A stretch of 63,751 nt of DNA, counting the filler, from Octopus bimaculoides (lineage: Eukaryota): NCBI RefSeq assembly GCF_001194135.2. It is 6 parts of 4 records of this genome, joined end to end, with 100 filler letters (N's around TTAATTAATTAA, not from the genome) between each part and the next. Parts side by side here need not be neighbours in the genome. Positions count along the whole stretch, not along the records: positions 1 to 18,611 come from NC_068981.1; positions 18,712 to 36,037 come from NC_068989.1; 4 more parts are not named here. One strand, given 5' to 3'. The notes under the pieces are model-generated. The model saw only the letters and a program-made list of their open reading frames with translations, had not been told where the DNA came from and did no database searches. Position 1 is the stretch's first letter. Every line of letters begins with the position of its first letter. The translations under genes were made by a program, and so were the position numbers. This document shows, one piece after another, positions 12,831 through 24,799 of the stretch.

Positions 12831-14864
12831 CTAGATGGATATATATATATATAGAGAGAGAGAGAGAGGGGGAGAAGAAAGAAACGTAGTACTTTTGGTC
12901 GTATAAATGGTGATAGAATACCAGTTCTGTCTCTCAGTAGTTAGCTAGTTGCCAACTGATTCGGTCATGCTCTCTTTATCACTCTAACAAAGATATTACT
13001 GTTAGCGAAGAAGAAAGATGCAAACGAATGGTTTGGGAATGAGTTTTTGATAATTCCCAATAAATAAAAATCTACTTTTTTTTTTGCCTAGGAACAACAA
13101 GAATATATATTTTGATAGCATGGATGGATTACAAAAAAAAAAAAAAATGAAGAAGAAGAAAGGAAGAAAATTCTTTTTATCACCGACAACATTCTCTTAA
13201 TGCCATTGTAAGAATTATGCTTAATGTAGAAAACTGCATTAACAACATAAACAGAAAACAACAACAATCTGTTAATACTAGATTCTTCCATGGAATATTT
13301 CTGAAAACAACTCTTTATGACATTATCTACCTTTGGTACTAAAGTCCCTGCATCACCTACGAATATTGAAGTTTTATGATTATGTGTTCGACTACTGTAG
13401 GAATCTTAACGTTATCCACAGTTTCTTTATTGATGGACTGAGAACTATGCCAATGACATTTATGGAGCTAAGGAAACAACTTTTAACATGTTTCCGTGAC
13501 ATTGCAATGAAATTTGGTCAAGACAAATATTTGTATTGATAATAAATCGCAGTAAGACTAAAACCTAGTCGTAAATGTCTTTATATTAATAGTCTTACTT
13601 TCTAAATAGCATAAATATCTTGGAAAGTATGAAAATATATCCTAAAGGTTTTCTTTCCAAAGTTAATGTGACCAAGAAATATTATTATTGGCTTAGCTTG
13701 ATACGACAGTCGGAGCTTACATTGTACAACAAATTTGCCATATCCCACAATGCATTGCAATATTAGTTCATCAGCCACACTGGATGTAGCCATCTATGAC
13801 CCTGTCAATACATAAAAAGGTGGGTGGGAGGGCGGCGTATGAAAGTTATACTTGAGAGGCTTTTGCTGCGGTTTCAGGTACGAATAGTTTCATTATAAAG
13901 ACGAAGTTTATGTGAGTGAACATATAAATAAGCAGCTACTTCATGAAATAACTATAACCGAGAGTTGAAATTGGCTCGGCTAGTGTTTGTTAATATATAG
14001 TACTAGCCATTATAAATATATTTCTTCATTTATTCGTCCTCATGTTCAAGAGATCAAGATGAGGAAATTCCTTCTCCAAACTCTGCTGCCAAATATATTG
14101 CCAGCAAATTATTCTGATACAATTCGACTTGCTTTGGCTGTTTCCCAATGAAATGTTAGACACCGAATAAAGGTCATCGAAAATGTTTCCATTATACATA
14201 TCAGTTAAAAATAATACACACTAATGCACTTTGATTATTATCGCGTGTTAATTTATTCTCTTTTGTCTTTCAATGCACTTCCTTGTTAATCAATTATTTA
14301 AAAATAAACGATACAAAACAAAACAAAATCAATAAATTTTCACGTCGATGCGTCCTAACATTAATAGCTTTTCGTTGTCCACCACTTATATTTAAAATAA
14401 TACTTATTTCCCTTAGACTCATTTTTCCTTTTTTTTTTCTTTTCCCTTTTCTTTTTTTTTACTGTTAGGGCGCGAGGGGGTTCTTTATTTAGCTGAGGCA
14501 AGCGCTTTTGAATAAGGATAAGTGGAGAACTAATTGAGTCCGTATCTTGTTTCCGAGTCCTAGTTATTAGAATTTCATATAACAGCCCTCTAATACATTT
14601 TGGAAAGACACATACACATCACAGTACAAACAATGGAGCGACGACCTAAAATAACCTTACGGTATATCATATCTTCCCCGTTTCGTCCTTCCCAAGACAG
14701 AATCAATAAAATACTAGTGAAAAATACTGATGTCAATCAAGAGAACCTACAACTCTACTATTCCCTTATAAAATCTGACCTTGAGTTCATAGACATACAA
14801 CACACACACACACACGCGCGCACGCACACACGCACACACACACACATGTATGTATGTATTATGT

Positions 14865-15155
14865 GAAAGTTTAGTGATTAAGGCTCCCAATCGTAAGGTC
14901 GTGAGTTCGATTCGCGGCGGGGCGTTGTGTCTTTGACCAAAGCACTTTATGTCACGTTGCTGCAGTTTACTTGAATGGCAAAAATGAGTAGTACCTGTAT
15001 TTCAAAGGGCCAGCTTTGTCACATTCTGTGTCGTGGCTTCTCCCTGAGAACTGCGTTAAGGGTACACGTGTTTGTGGAGTGTTCAGCCATTTGCACGTTA
15101 ATCTCCGTTGATCGGGTCAACTGGAACACTCGTCATCGTAGCCGAGTGCCAGTTG
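14865..15155 (+). mobile_element. tRNA-derived SINE with family C 3-prime half
   Basis: tagtgattaagg...gagttcgattcg head; tail acacgtg..tgtggag..cagcca.ttgcacgttaat shared with the 10041 copy. Confidence 0.8.
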
Positions 15156-15516
15156 TTGTGGTTGTATGTATGTATGCATGCATGTATCTATGTATATAAA
15201 ATAAATGTTTCCTTTATAAACCCTGTTTACAGTTAAATAAAATTTTAAGGGAGAATTAACAGACCCCTGTATATAGTATTAAAGAATCTAAAAAGACAAC
15301 CATGGACATGGTTGTGTAGAGGATTGCTTTACAATAACGAGAGTTCAAGTTCGGTCACACTGCATGGTATGTTTGGAAAGTGTTATCTGTTATAATCTCG
15401 CGCTCATCAATGTTTCACGACAAACTTAGGAGACGGAGACCAAATTAGATGACAATCTTGTACATGTATGTTTGTGTGTGAGTATAATATATGTGTGTGT
15501 GTATATATGTATATGT

Positions 15517-15770
15517 GGAGGCGCGTAGCTTAGTGGTTAGGATGTCAGCACCATGATCGTAAGATTGTGGTTTCGATTCCTGGAACGGGCGACACGTTGT
15601 GTTCTTGAGCAAAACACTTCATTTCACGTTGCTCCAGTCCACTCAGCTGGCAAAAATGAGTAACGCTGCGATGAACTGGCCTCCCGTCCAGCTGGGCAAC
15701 ACATACGCCATAGAAACCGGGAAACCGGGCCCATGAGCCTGGCTAGGCTTTAAAAGGGCGCATTTATTTT
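15517..15770 (+). mobile_element. tRNA-derived SINE (central gttgtgttcttgagcaaaacact...ccactcagctggcaaaaatgagta domain)
   Basis: Head ggaggcgcgtagcttagtggttagg...ggtttcgattcc; central domain shared with the 14865 copy; different 3-prime end. Confidence 0.8.
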
Positions 15771-15959
15771 AATTTTATTATATATATATATATNNNNNNN
15801 NNNNNNNNNNNNNNNNNNNNNNNNNNNNNNNNNNNNNNNNNNNNNNNNNNNNNNNNNNNNNNNNNNNNNNNNNNNNNNNNNNNNNNNNNNNNNNNNNNNN
15901 NNNNNNNNNNNNNNNNNNNNNNNNNNNNNNNNNNNNNNNNNATATATACGTATAGAGAA

Positions 15960-16570
15960 TGAGACACACGCACACCCATAAATATGTTCACACACATATA
16001 CACACATTCCCACTCCGTCTACGAACACATGCCAACACACACACATCCACACCCACCCATTTACACACCCTTCAGACTGCCAAAAGGCTGCCTCTCAGAC
16101 ACCCTACAAACTGCCCCCGACTCATTACTGACCATCCCATAAGTGCAGAAACACACACACACACACACACTTTCACAATCACCGATACACACACTTGACA
16201 CTATAGTTGTTGATCTCTCACTACGACATTAACACACACACAGACCACTCAGACAGCACAAACACATGTAAACAGTTAATAATACACAGACACACAGTTA
16301 ATGCCACACACCACATACGCACACACACAATTACCACCACATGCACACGCAACCACGTACACACACTCTCAGTTACTGCCACACACACACGGTAACATAC
16401 ATACATACGCTATCACGCACACACACACACACTCAGTTACTGTCACACACACGGTACCATGCGCACACACGCCATCACACACATACACATACGCCACTAC
16501 ACAGGCTAGCACACACACACGCCACAAAACGTGCATGCACACACACACACACACATACACACAAATACCA
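15960..16570. repeat. CA-rich degenerate simple-repeat tract
   Basis: Direct reading; source of His/Thr-rich spurious ORFs. Confidence 0.85.
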
Positions 16571-16711
16571 ACCATTCTTCACACTTCCTTCTCCCAAAAA
16601 GCACTTTCTCTTGTCCGTCTACTTCCGGTCATTTTAAAAATGTAACTACACGTGGACTGTTAGCGAATTTTTGCCTCCTTCTTCCTTTTCTTTTGGAATT
16701 TCCTATGTTCC

Positions 16712-16750
16712 CTGTTTCCGAAGAAGTGCTATGCTCGAAATATAAAACAG
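16712..16750 (+). ncRNA. degenerate minimal hammerhead-like motif with CCGAAGA core
   Basis: Stem I ctgttt/aaacag (6 bp); CCGAAGA 16718-24; a-gtgc tat gctc (one T.T mismatch); GAAA 16737-40; then TA-TA. Lies in a pyrimidine-rich pLTR-like repeat at about 16620-16860. Confidence 0.4.
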
Positions 16751-17129
16751 CCACTCTTTTTTCTCTGAGCGTCTTATTAAAACTTTGCATGTGCTACGTC
16801 TTCGTGTTTGTTGTTTTTTCTTGTCTTTTTTCTCCGTTTTTTTTTTAATTAACTATATATATATCTGGTATTACAGTTGACACTGGCTTACGCTTATTGT
16901 CCGATCGCCACATACTGCATTAATATTCCTCGCACTTTCCGTTGCGTTGCTGCCTTTATTGAATTCATAAAGCAAAATATGCCGAATATGCTCTTAAAAA
17001 ATTAATTGCTAAAATCGAACTGCACTCTTCAAAACTTGCACTAAGAATAAGGTAAAATTACTACCTGCTTTTATAGCAAGTTGATGCAGGTAGTTTACCC
17101 CGTCCTCCTCCGACTTTATATATATATAT

Positions 17130-17227
17130 AGGAGTGGCTGTGTGGTAAGTAGCTTGCTTACCAACCACATGGTTCCGGGTTCAGTCCCACTGCGTGGCAC
17201 CTTGGGCAAGTGTCTTCTACTATAGCC
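17130..17227 (+). mobile_element. SINE family B head, truncated by a gap
   Basis: Near-consensus head. Confidence 0.9.
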
Positions 17228-18248
17228 NNNNNNNNNNNNNNNNNNNNNNNNNNNNNNNNNNNNNNNNNNNNNNNNNNNNNNNNNNNNNNNNNNNNNNNNN
17301 NNNNNNNNNNNNNNNNNNNNNNNNNNNNNNNNNNNNNNNNNNNNNNNNNNNNNNNNNNNNNNNNNNNNNNNNNNNNNNNNNNNNNNNNNNNNNNNNNNNN
17401 NNNNNNNNNNNNNNNNNNNNNNNNNNNNNNNNNNNNNNNNNNNNNNNNNNNNNNNNNNNNNNNNNNNNNNNNNNNNNNNNNNNNNNNNNNNNNNNNNNNN
17501 NNNNNNNNNNNNNNNNNNNNNNNNNNNNNNNNNNNNNNNNNNNNNNNNNNNNNNNNNNNNNNNNNNNNNNNNNNNNNNNNNNNNNNNNNNNNNNNNNNNN
17601 NNNNNNNNNNNNNNNNNNNNNNNNNNNNNNNNNNNNNNNNNNNNNNNNNNNNNNNNNNNNNNNNNNNNNNNNNNNNNNNNNNNNNNNNNNNNNNNNNNNN
17701 NNNNNNNNNNNNNNNNNNNNNNNNNNNNNNNNNNNNNNNNNNNNNNNNNNNNNNNNNNNNNNNNNNNNNNNNNNNNNNNNNNNNNNNNNNNNNNNNNNNN
17801 NNNNNNNNNNNNNNNNNNNNNNNNNNNNNNNNNNNNNNNNNNNNNNNNNNNGCCGCCCGGTCTGTTAAGATTTTTCCATTTCTATTTTCCTTGCGCTAGC
17901 TTACTACACACGTCTGATAGTCGAAAGACCCTTTCCGTTGTTTACTTATTTGTTTTCGTATATGTACATTCGTTTGCCTTGCCTAGAGGCTTAATGCTTT
18001 TAGCTTAAGTCCCTGGCCCAGCCGGTTTCGAGTAGTATCGGAGATAAGTGGGCGAAACTACGTGGACATTCCGGACTCCGACTGAAGAGGCAATTGGCTG
18101 CGAATGATCCGTGTACTCTGTTTCGTCCTGTTTACCGTGGTTGTGCCATTGTCTTTTTTTCCGCATTTTATGTTTTGACGTTTTCCGTTTGTTGTGTTTT
18201 TTCTGTTCTACCTTTGATTTTATCTATATCTGTATCTATATCTATATA

Positions 18249-18413
18249 TGTGGCTGTGTGGTAAGTAGCTTGCTTACCAACCACATGGTTCCGGGTTCAG
18301 TCACACTGCGTGGCACCTTGGGCAAGTGTTTCCTACTATAGCCCCGGGCCGACCAAAGCCTTGTGAGTGGATTTGGTAGACGGAAGCTGAAAGAAGCCCG
18401 TCGTATATATGTA

Positions 18414-18455
<42 letters not shown>

Positions 18456-18611
18456 TGTGTCTGTGTTTGTCCCCCTAGCATTGCTTGACAACCGATGCTG
18501 GTGTGTTTATGTCCCCGTCATTAGCAGTTCGGCAAAAGAGATCGATAGAATAAGTACTAGGCTTACAAAGAATAAGTCCTGGGGTTGATTTGCTCGGCTA
18601 AAGGCGGTGCT
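18249..18611 (+). mobile_element. SINE family B
   Basis: Near-consensus head, internal (TG)n, and tail up to the spacer. Confidence 0.9.
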
Positions 18612-18711
18612 NNNNNNNNNNNNNNNNNNNNNNNNNNNNNNNNNNNNNNNNNNNNTTAATTAATTAANNNNNNNNNNNNNNNNNNNNNNNNNNNNNNNNN
18701 NNNNNNNNNNN
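18612..18711. other. artificial scaffold spacer 44N-TTAATTAATTAA-44N
   Basis: Identical 100-nt construct at five sites; the 12-mer gives stop codons in all six frames. Confidence 0.95.
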
Positions 18712-19054
18712 ATATATATATCAAAAGGATGTGTTATAATACTATTCCACAGCCATACCAATAATCCAACATACCTCCATCATCAGCTGTCCCACGGATA
18801 TGATTATGGTTTCGACGCTTGAGGAGTACCATTCAATCTGGCGGTGTCAGCAGCACTAAAATAAGTGTTGCTTGAGAACAAACAAACTAAAGAAACCACA
18901 TCTTTTAAACACATTTATCCAATATACAACCGTATCGATAAATAAATTCTATAAGTAAATTACAACCCCTCCTAGATACGTAACTAAACAACGACAACTC
19001 TATTAAGTCATAAAAAATGATAATCCCTACCATCTTCCGTAGTGTAATATAAGA

Positions 19055-19210
<156 letters not shown>

Positions 19211-19249
19211 AAACGAACGTTTTACACTTTGTAGCTCACTGATAAAGCA

Positions 19250-19720
19250 CGGTCTGCTCGTTATGTATATTGCAAATAAAAGACGAAAGATAAGCGAGTT
19301 ACCTATGTTCTTGGTGTTTGTAAGAACGTGGAGGTTGAAAGTAAACTTAATTCATCTATGCCTTAAAGTAAATTATGTCAACAATTACTCAATAAGGAGC
19401 ATTCACCATATTTGACCAATTTTGTATGGCGGCTGAAGGAGGATAAAATTAAGTACAGCATAACATGGTCCATAGTAAATTATGCGAAAACCATACAACA
19501 ATTTCCAGGAGATGCCCTCTCTGCTCTGAGGAATCCCTGTCTATTCTGTGGACTAATGAGAAGATCATTAATAGAATTTCTGAAAGACTCTCGACATGCC
19601 TACACGCATATAAATGTACTTTCGCACAATACAGTGGGATGCCAGTTATATCACAAACAATTTTAAAATATAAAAAAACTACTGGGGCCAAATGTGTCGA
19701 AAATGTGGTAATGCCTAAAA
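19250..19720 (+). mobile_element. Penelope-like element GIY-YIG C-terminal relic (second lineage)
   Basis: TNFVWRLKEDKIKYSITWSIV..-SRRCPLCSEESLSIL..NEKIINRISERLSTCLHAYK matches the PLE motif IWxLK...YxIxWxI...CxLCxxEKxxI...LNxRSE...CRH. Confidence 0.75.
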
Positions 19721-19889
19721 TCAAATTCAAAACCTGTTTTTTTTTTTTACCTCATATGATAAAACTCATCAAGTGGAGTGTCGTGTTGCTAATATTTTCA
19801 AAGAATGTTCAAAATAAAAAATGTTGTCATAAATGTTCAAAAGTACTTAAAACAGTTTTCAAGTGATGTCATTACTTATTACGGCACAA

Positions 19890-20092
19890 AGACGGCGAGC
19901 TGACAGAGTCGTTAGCTTGCAGGGCATTTCGTCTGTCTCTACATTCTGAGTTTAAATTCCGCCAGTGTCGTCCTTGCCTTTTATCTTTTTGGTACTCGAT
20001 AAAATGAGTATCAGCTGAGCACTGAGGTCGATGTAATCAACTACCCTCTTCTCCGGATCTGACGGCCTTCTTCCAAAATTGAAAACCAATAT
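19890..20092 (+). mobile_element. SINE family A, diverged
   Basis: gacggcgagctgacagagtcgttagc...gagtttaaattccgcc. Confidence 0.8.
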
Positions 20093-21299
20093 TGCAAAAT
20101 GTTTGTTTCAATTCAGTATGGAGGTATCTTTCAAATTCACATTCGTAGAATACACTCTATTGTAATAAATATATATAAATGAATAATGTTCCAAAGGACA
20201 ACATTTGATCACTCGCGGCCATTTATTCGCTTAGTCACTAAATCAGTTTTTTTTTAAATCAAATTTAATGATGTTTATACATCTATAGTTACATTTTTAG
20301 CTATATTTTGAGCTACAAAACTTGAAATTTGACTCAGTTAAAAAAAAGCCGAGATTTCAAATATGTGAGGTCAAAATTGGGAGAATAACGCCTGAAATTG
20401 ACTTTAGGAATATAGACGTGACGCTGCATACATACTTTCGTAAATACACACACACACAAGCACACACACATACACACACACGCACACACACACACACTCA
20501 AACAAACAATTCACACACATATAAACATAAGTAACTTTTAAAACACACATGAAGGGAAATAAGGTTGAGTGTGACGAATACGTTGCTTTAAGGAGAGAGG
20601 GTGTAAGTTGACAACAATTGATGGCGTGTGGACTCTTTTCTACTGTCCATTGTAAATTAGCATTCACAAACAGACACATACACACACATACATACATATA
20701 TACACATACGTACATACTTAGTGCAGAAAAATGTCACTGAGGTTTCAGTCTAATTCGTCACATCACCTAATTCACCACTTTCCATTTTCTCTTAGAGATG
20801 ACTAATTAGCGAATTCTACTGTATTTTTTAAAATTATTTTTATTTTATTTCATGTTTAAAATACTGTGTTTTCCGAAAATATGCTCATGGACTTAAATAT
20901 GGACTTAAATAATTTTTGTTATGAAAATAATAAAAATTACTGGTGCTATACATGAAAAGAGTTTCTGGATATAAGCCCACATGCTTAACATCGGTTAGGT
21001 TTGTTTTTGGAAAAATACAGTAATGTTTTTATAATTTTTGTTTTAATAAAATTTATTAAATTTTTAAAATGTTATTCTCGGGTGCAATATTTTAAGTACA
21101 TTAGAATTTTAATTTTAAGTACTTTTTAGTTTCCTTTAGATGTGACGAATGAGGCAAATTCTCCTGTAAAAATCGTTTCGTACTTTTCCAAATGTATTAA
21201 CTTAAGCATATTAACATGCATGCACCCGCATTTTTCATTGTAATACATAACATTTATTTAGTTTCATAGTGAAAATTTAAATTCACAGATACGTGCTGC

Positions 21300-24200
21300 A
21301 AATAAGCAAAGTTTCAGATCTGCTTGCGTCCCTCTCAAAATCCTTCGATCATCTACATATTTTCTTGTGTTTATACAAGTGTATTAAATGTGGAAGTGTC
21401 TTTCCAGATTGTGCATAGAATAAACGAATTAAGCACAATGAAGTCAAAGAATCACAGAAGCATAACTCTTATGATTCACAGTGCAAAAGCATATAATCGA
21501 TTCACTTATATAGCCCATGCTAGTTTCAAAACCACGTTTATCATGCGATCGGAATAGTTTCTGTTTGAAAGAAACATGACTGAACATGAATTAACCATAA
21601 TGGACAACAATACAGATGATAGTTGTAATTATTTTAATGTGTTTCTAGAAGCCACTTGGTTGTATTACGATTTCAGATGTCGTTATATGTAACACACGTA
21701 TATTTCAATACCTTCAATAATCTGCCTTCATTTAGCAATGCAGTTGATATGTCTCTCTTATATAGTCCTAGTGGGAGTATCTACAACTTTGTTTAAAGAT
21801 TTAACTCAGCCACCAGGTTTTAACATGGAAATTCAGCTACTAGCGTTTTATATTAAGTCACTAGGTTCCAATTCAAATAAAGGAAACAGTATGTTTCTTA
21901 TCTCGCATCAGATCAATCGAAAAAGGAGATTTATGAGAATTTTTATGTAGGTATCCTGAATTTACTGAAAATTAAAAGCATAGATAGTAGTACGTATGAT
22001 TTATAGAAATATGGATTGGTATCGGTAATGAAAAAATCGTTTTAAGAAAGAATATACAGGATATCAATGATAAAACTTTGAAATCATTCGTTTCGACTAT
22101 CTAACATTTCAATATATGTAGCAGATATTGTAATCACTTAATGGGAAGTATTTAACTGTGATACTACCATTAAAGCTTGTATAATGCTTGCGTTTTAAAG
22201 CTCGTATAAAACATGTATTTGAAATATTTCGACAGCCAAGATAAAACTTATTCTCTTGTAAGCATATAATATATATTTAAGGTTAAGATTGTTAAATGAC
22301 AAAGATTATAAGTACGTTTCATTATACGACGATTAAAATGATTATTAAAGTTAAGCAAGCTTATTTGTATCGTGGAGCTGGCGAAACAACTCTGAATGTT
22401 ATACTTTATAAGAATTTATCAGGAGTATAAATTTCGCCACTCGACATTTCTATTTTTTTATACATATTATACTTAACAAATTCATTGTTACACTGCCAAC
22501 AAAGGTGGAAGCTATACTTTCAATGAGGGAACCTAATGAGGTAGAATCGTCAGAATATACCTTATGCTCGTTCAGTCACGAGAGACTGGCTAGCACCTAA
22601 TAATTTTCCAACTCACAACATATAATCTTACAGTAGCTGTTTATGGTGTTGATACCATAAGTGTAAGCTGTTTGGGGACAGCCGTTTTGGCACCGGATAT
22701 TCGACTGATTTGCCGTAGACTTAATTAGATCAGGCATTTTAATATTCCCTTCATTCTCTCCCTTTTCCCTTTCTCACTCTCCCACATCCTCGTCCTCCTC
22801 CACATTCTCTCTCTCTCTCTTTCTCTCTGTCTTTATGTCTGTGAGCATATTTCTCTTCATGTGTATTAGAAGACGGAATGTGTTTAATTAAAACATCTTC
22901 ACTTAATGAATTGCAACGTCTCTCTTTTCTCTATCACCTGCATTCACTTTCCCTGTATTTCTGTATTTTGGTACTTGTGTGCATTTTCCTCCAGCGCCAA
23001 ACATTACTGCCACCAAAACATGTTCAGTAGCTTGTCAGCTGTGCCAAATCTCCAGCGTCCAAAGAACTATTGCCAATTACCTCATGCTGTGATACACTTG
23101 TGAATAACAAAGCCTAACACTTTAAATAATCACATATGTAGTTAGTACTCTTCACAAATATCTGCAGATGCCTGTTTGTTATTTTTCTTAAATTATTCAA
23201 TTATTACATACTAGAACGGGGAATATTGACTAAAATGTAAATGCTTACTAACTTCATGCTAGATAATATTGGTAGGAATACTCGAGCTGAAGATTCAATA
23301 GTAAACCCATAGTTGTGAATTCGCTAGTCAGATCCAACTTCATTCAGATTGTACACCGACACAAAGTATAATATATGTGATACTGAAATGTCTGTGAACG
23401 TTTCATATCACATGTTGCTGTAAATTCTTAGGATTATCAATATTTCAATGTGATTAGTAGTATATGATTAAATACTAATTACGTAGGATTTTTTAAAAGA
23501 TTATTTGTAAGACGTACTTAGGAGTTGTCAATTAACCACCAGACAATGTCCATAATCTGTCTTTCTTATAAATCTCATTATATTAAACTGTAAATATTTT
23601 TGCTCATTATACTATTGTAAGAATTGTAATTTTACCTGCTAATCGCAAAGCTATCGATTATTAAAGTCAATTATCAGGTTAGCAGTGAAGCACAAGATTA
23701 CAAAGGAAATATAGCGGGAAGATATTTTCAATTAATCAGCAATAAACCCTGATTGAGTAGAAGCAAATATCGTATTGACCAGTACTTAAACGCATCAAAG
23801 TCATAGCTGACAAGTGAAACTCACGAAAAGAATTTGGGAATAAGTTGAAGCATCAGAGTCCTAGTTAAATAAAAGTAGATGTAGATGATATGGTGAAGGG
23901 AAGAAATAGTCTGACCTTTGACAAGACAGTCTGAGAACTGAGACATCTGAGCTTGTTCCGCTTATTTTAGGTATCTTCAGTGAAGCTTAATCGTTCACAT
24001 ATCTTTCAGATCACAAGAGAAGAATAAATATAAATGCATACGTAGAAATTATAAATAGTTTGATATGATGATGGGAACTGACACTGTAAAAGCATCCAGT
24101 CGCCAAAATATCGGAAGCTAGGTTTTATATTTTAATATGTTATTTTTGGTTTCTTTTCTTCTTGTTTGCCGTTTTCTGAATTCTTAATGTTGATTAGATG

Positions 24201-24450
24201 CTCGATTATAGTAGCAATACTGATGTCTATTAATAATGAATTGATATATGACTATAAATTCTAAATTATACACAGAAACTATTTATTTATATAACGGATT
24301 CAGACCAATAAATATAAATGAATTTGCCATTTTGTTTTTCTTTACAAGGTTACACGAAATTATCACATCTATTCGGGTAAAAAATGTTTACATAATAAAT
24401 ACGCATTTCATTAGAGGAAATGACATACCTTAGCTTAGTAAACTGAATAT
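21300..24450 (+). pseudogene. LRR/TLR-like pseudogene (possibly two tandem relics)
   Basis: AYNRFTYIAHASF (21488), VTHVYFNTFNNLPSF..VDMSL and VGVSTTLFKDLTQ (21689-21810), NIQDINDKTLKSF (22051), Cys cap at 22960-23100, LKCKCLL (23230), CSIIVAILMSI..LIYDYKF (TM-like, 24197), YAF/IS box-1-like (about 24400). Multiple stops and frameshifts. Confidence 0.5.
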
Positions 24451-24571
24451 TGGACGAATGATTAAAGTGAGGATGTCGATGAGGATGATAAGGATGATAA
24501 AAAACAGCTTTACGTCGAAACCCAAGACCATGATTGTGGAAAATGATAATGATATGCGTGGTATTGATACA

Positions 24572-24572
24572 C

Positions 24573-24625
<53 letters not shown>

Positions 24626-24700
24626 GATGACGACGATGAGGATGATGATGATGATGATGACGGTGACGACGACGACGATGATGACGACGACGATGATGCT
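24572..24700. repeat. (GAT)n/(GAC)n microsatellite
   Basis: Direct reading. Confidence 0.95.
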
Positions 24701-24799
24701 CATATATACCACGTCGTTCATACACATTAACGTCACACATCCAATGGATCATATTCCTTTAATTTCTTTCCAGCCTTTGCTTATCGTCTACACTTAGTG

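Larger units (their letters stand above)
10700..14790 (+). pseudogene. Toll-like-receptor-like pseudogene (LRRs, LRRCT, TM, TIR), interrupted by SINEs
   Basis: Multi-frame translation: TCS**NVAQMKPNTRYL (about 10760), SNTFNG (11939), MFMKNNSIRHHCLEKKLF (12355), PL*ELCLM..NNLLILD-WNISENNSL*HYLPLVLKSLHHLRILKF (13200-13375), NLNVIHSFFIDGL (13400), ISHNALQY (13740), LLLRFQVRI (LRRCT-like, 13860), hydrophobic NLFSFVFQCTSLLINY (14250), TIR-like LYLAEASAFE*G, ELIESVSCFRVLVIRISYN and NKILVKNTDVNQENLQLYYSLIKSDLEF (14483-14790). Many stops and frameshifts. Confidence 0.6.

Noticed and set aside
13600-13810. GPCR-like words on the minus strand (IDRVI, LVTLTLER)
   Set aside because: Isolated, in different frames, with no TM spacing; the plus-strand LRR/TIR reading explains the region over several kb.
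17852-18245. Hammerhead-like words CTGAAGA (about 18082) and GAAAC (about 18054) in a GC-richer unassigned segment
   Set aside because: Stems I to III cannot be paired in any permutation; GAAT replaces GAAA.
24458-24730. Poly-Asp ORF resembling an acidic biomineral protein
   Set aside because: Pure (GAT)n/(GAC)n microsatellite with no signal peptide or splice support; similar triplet tracts are common in the window.
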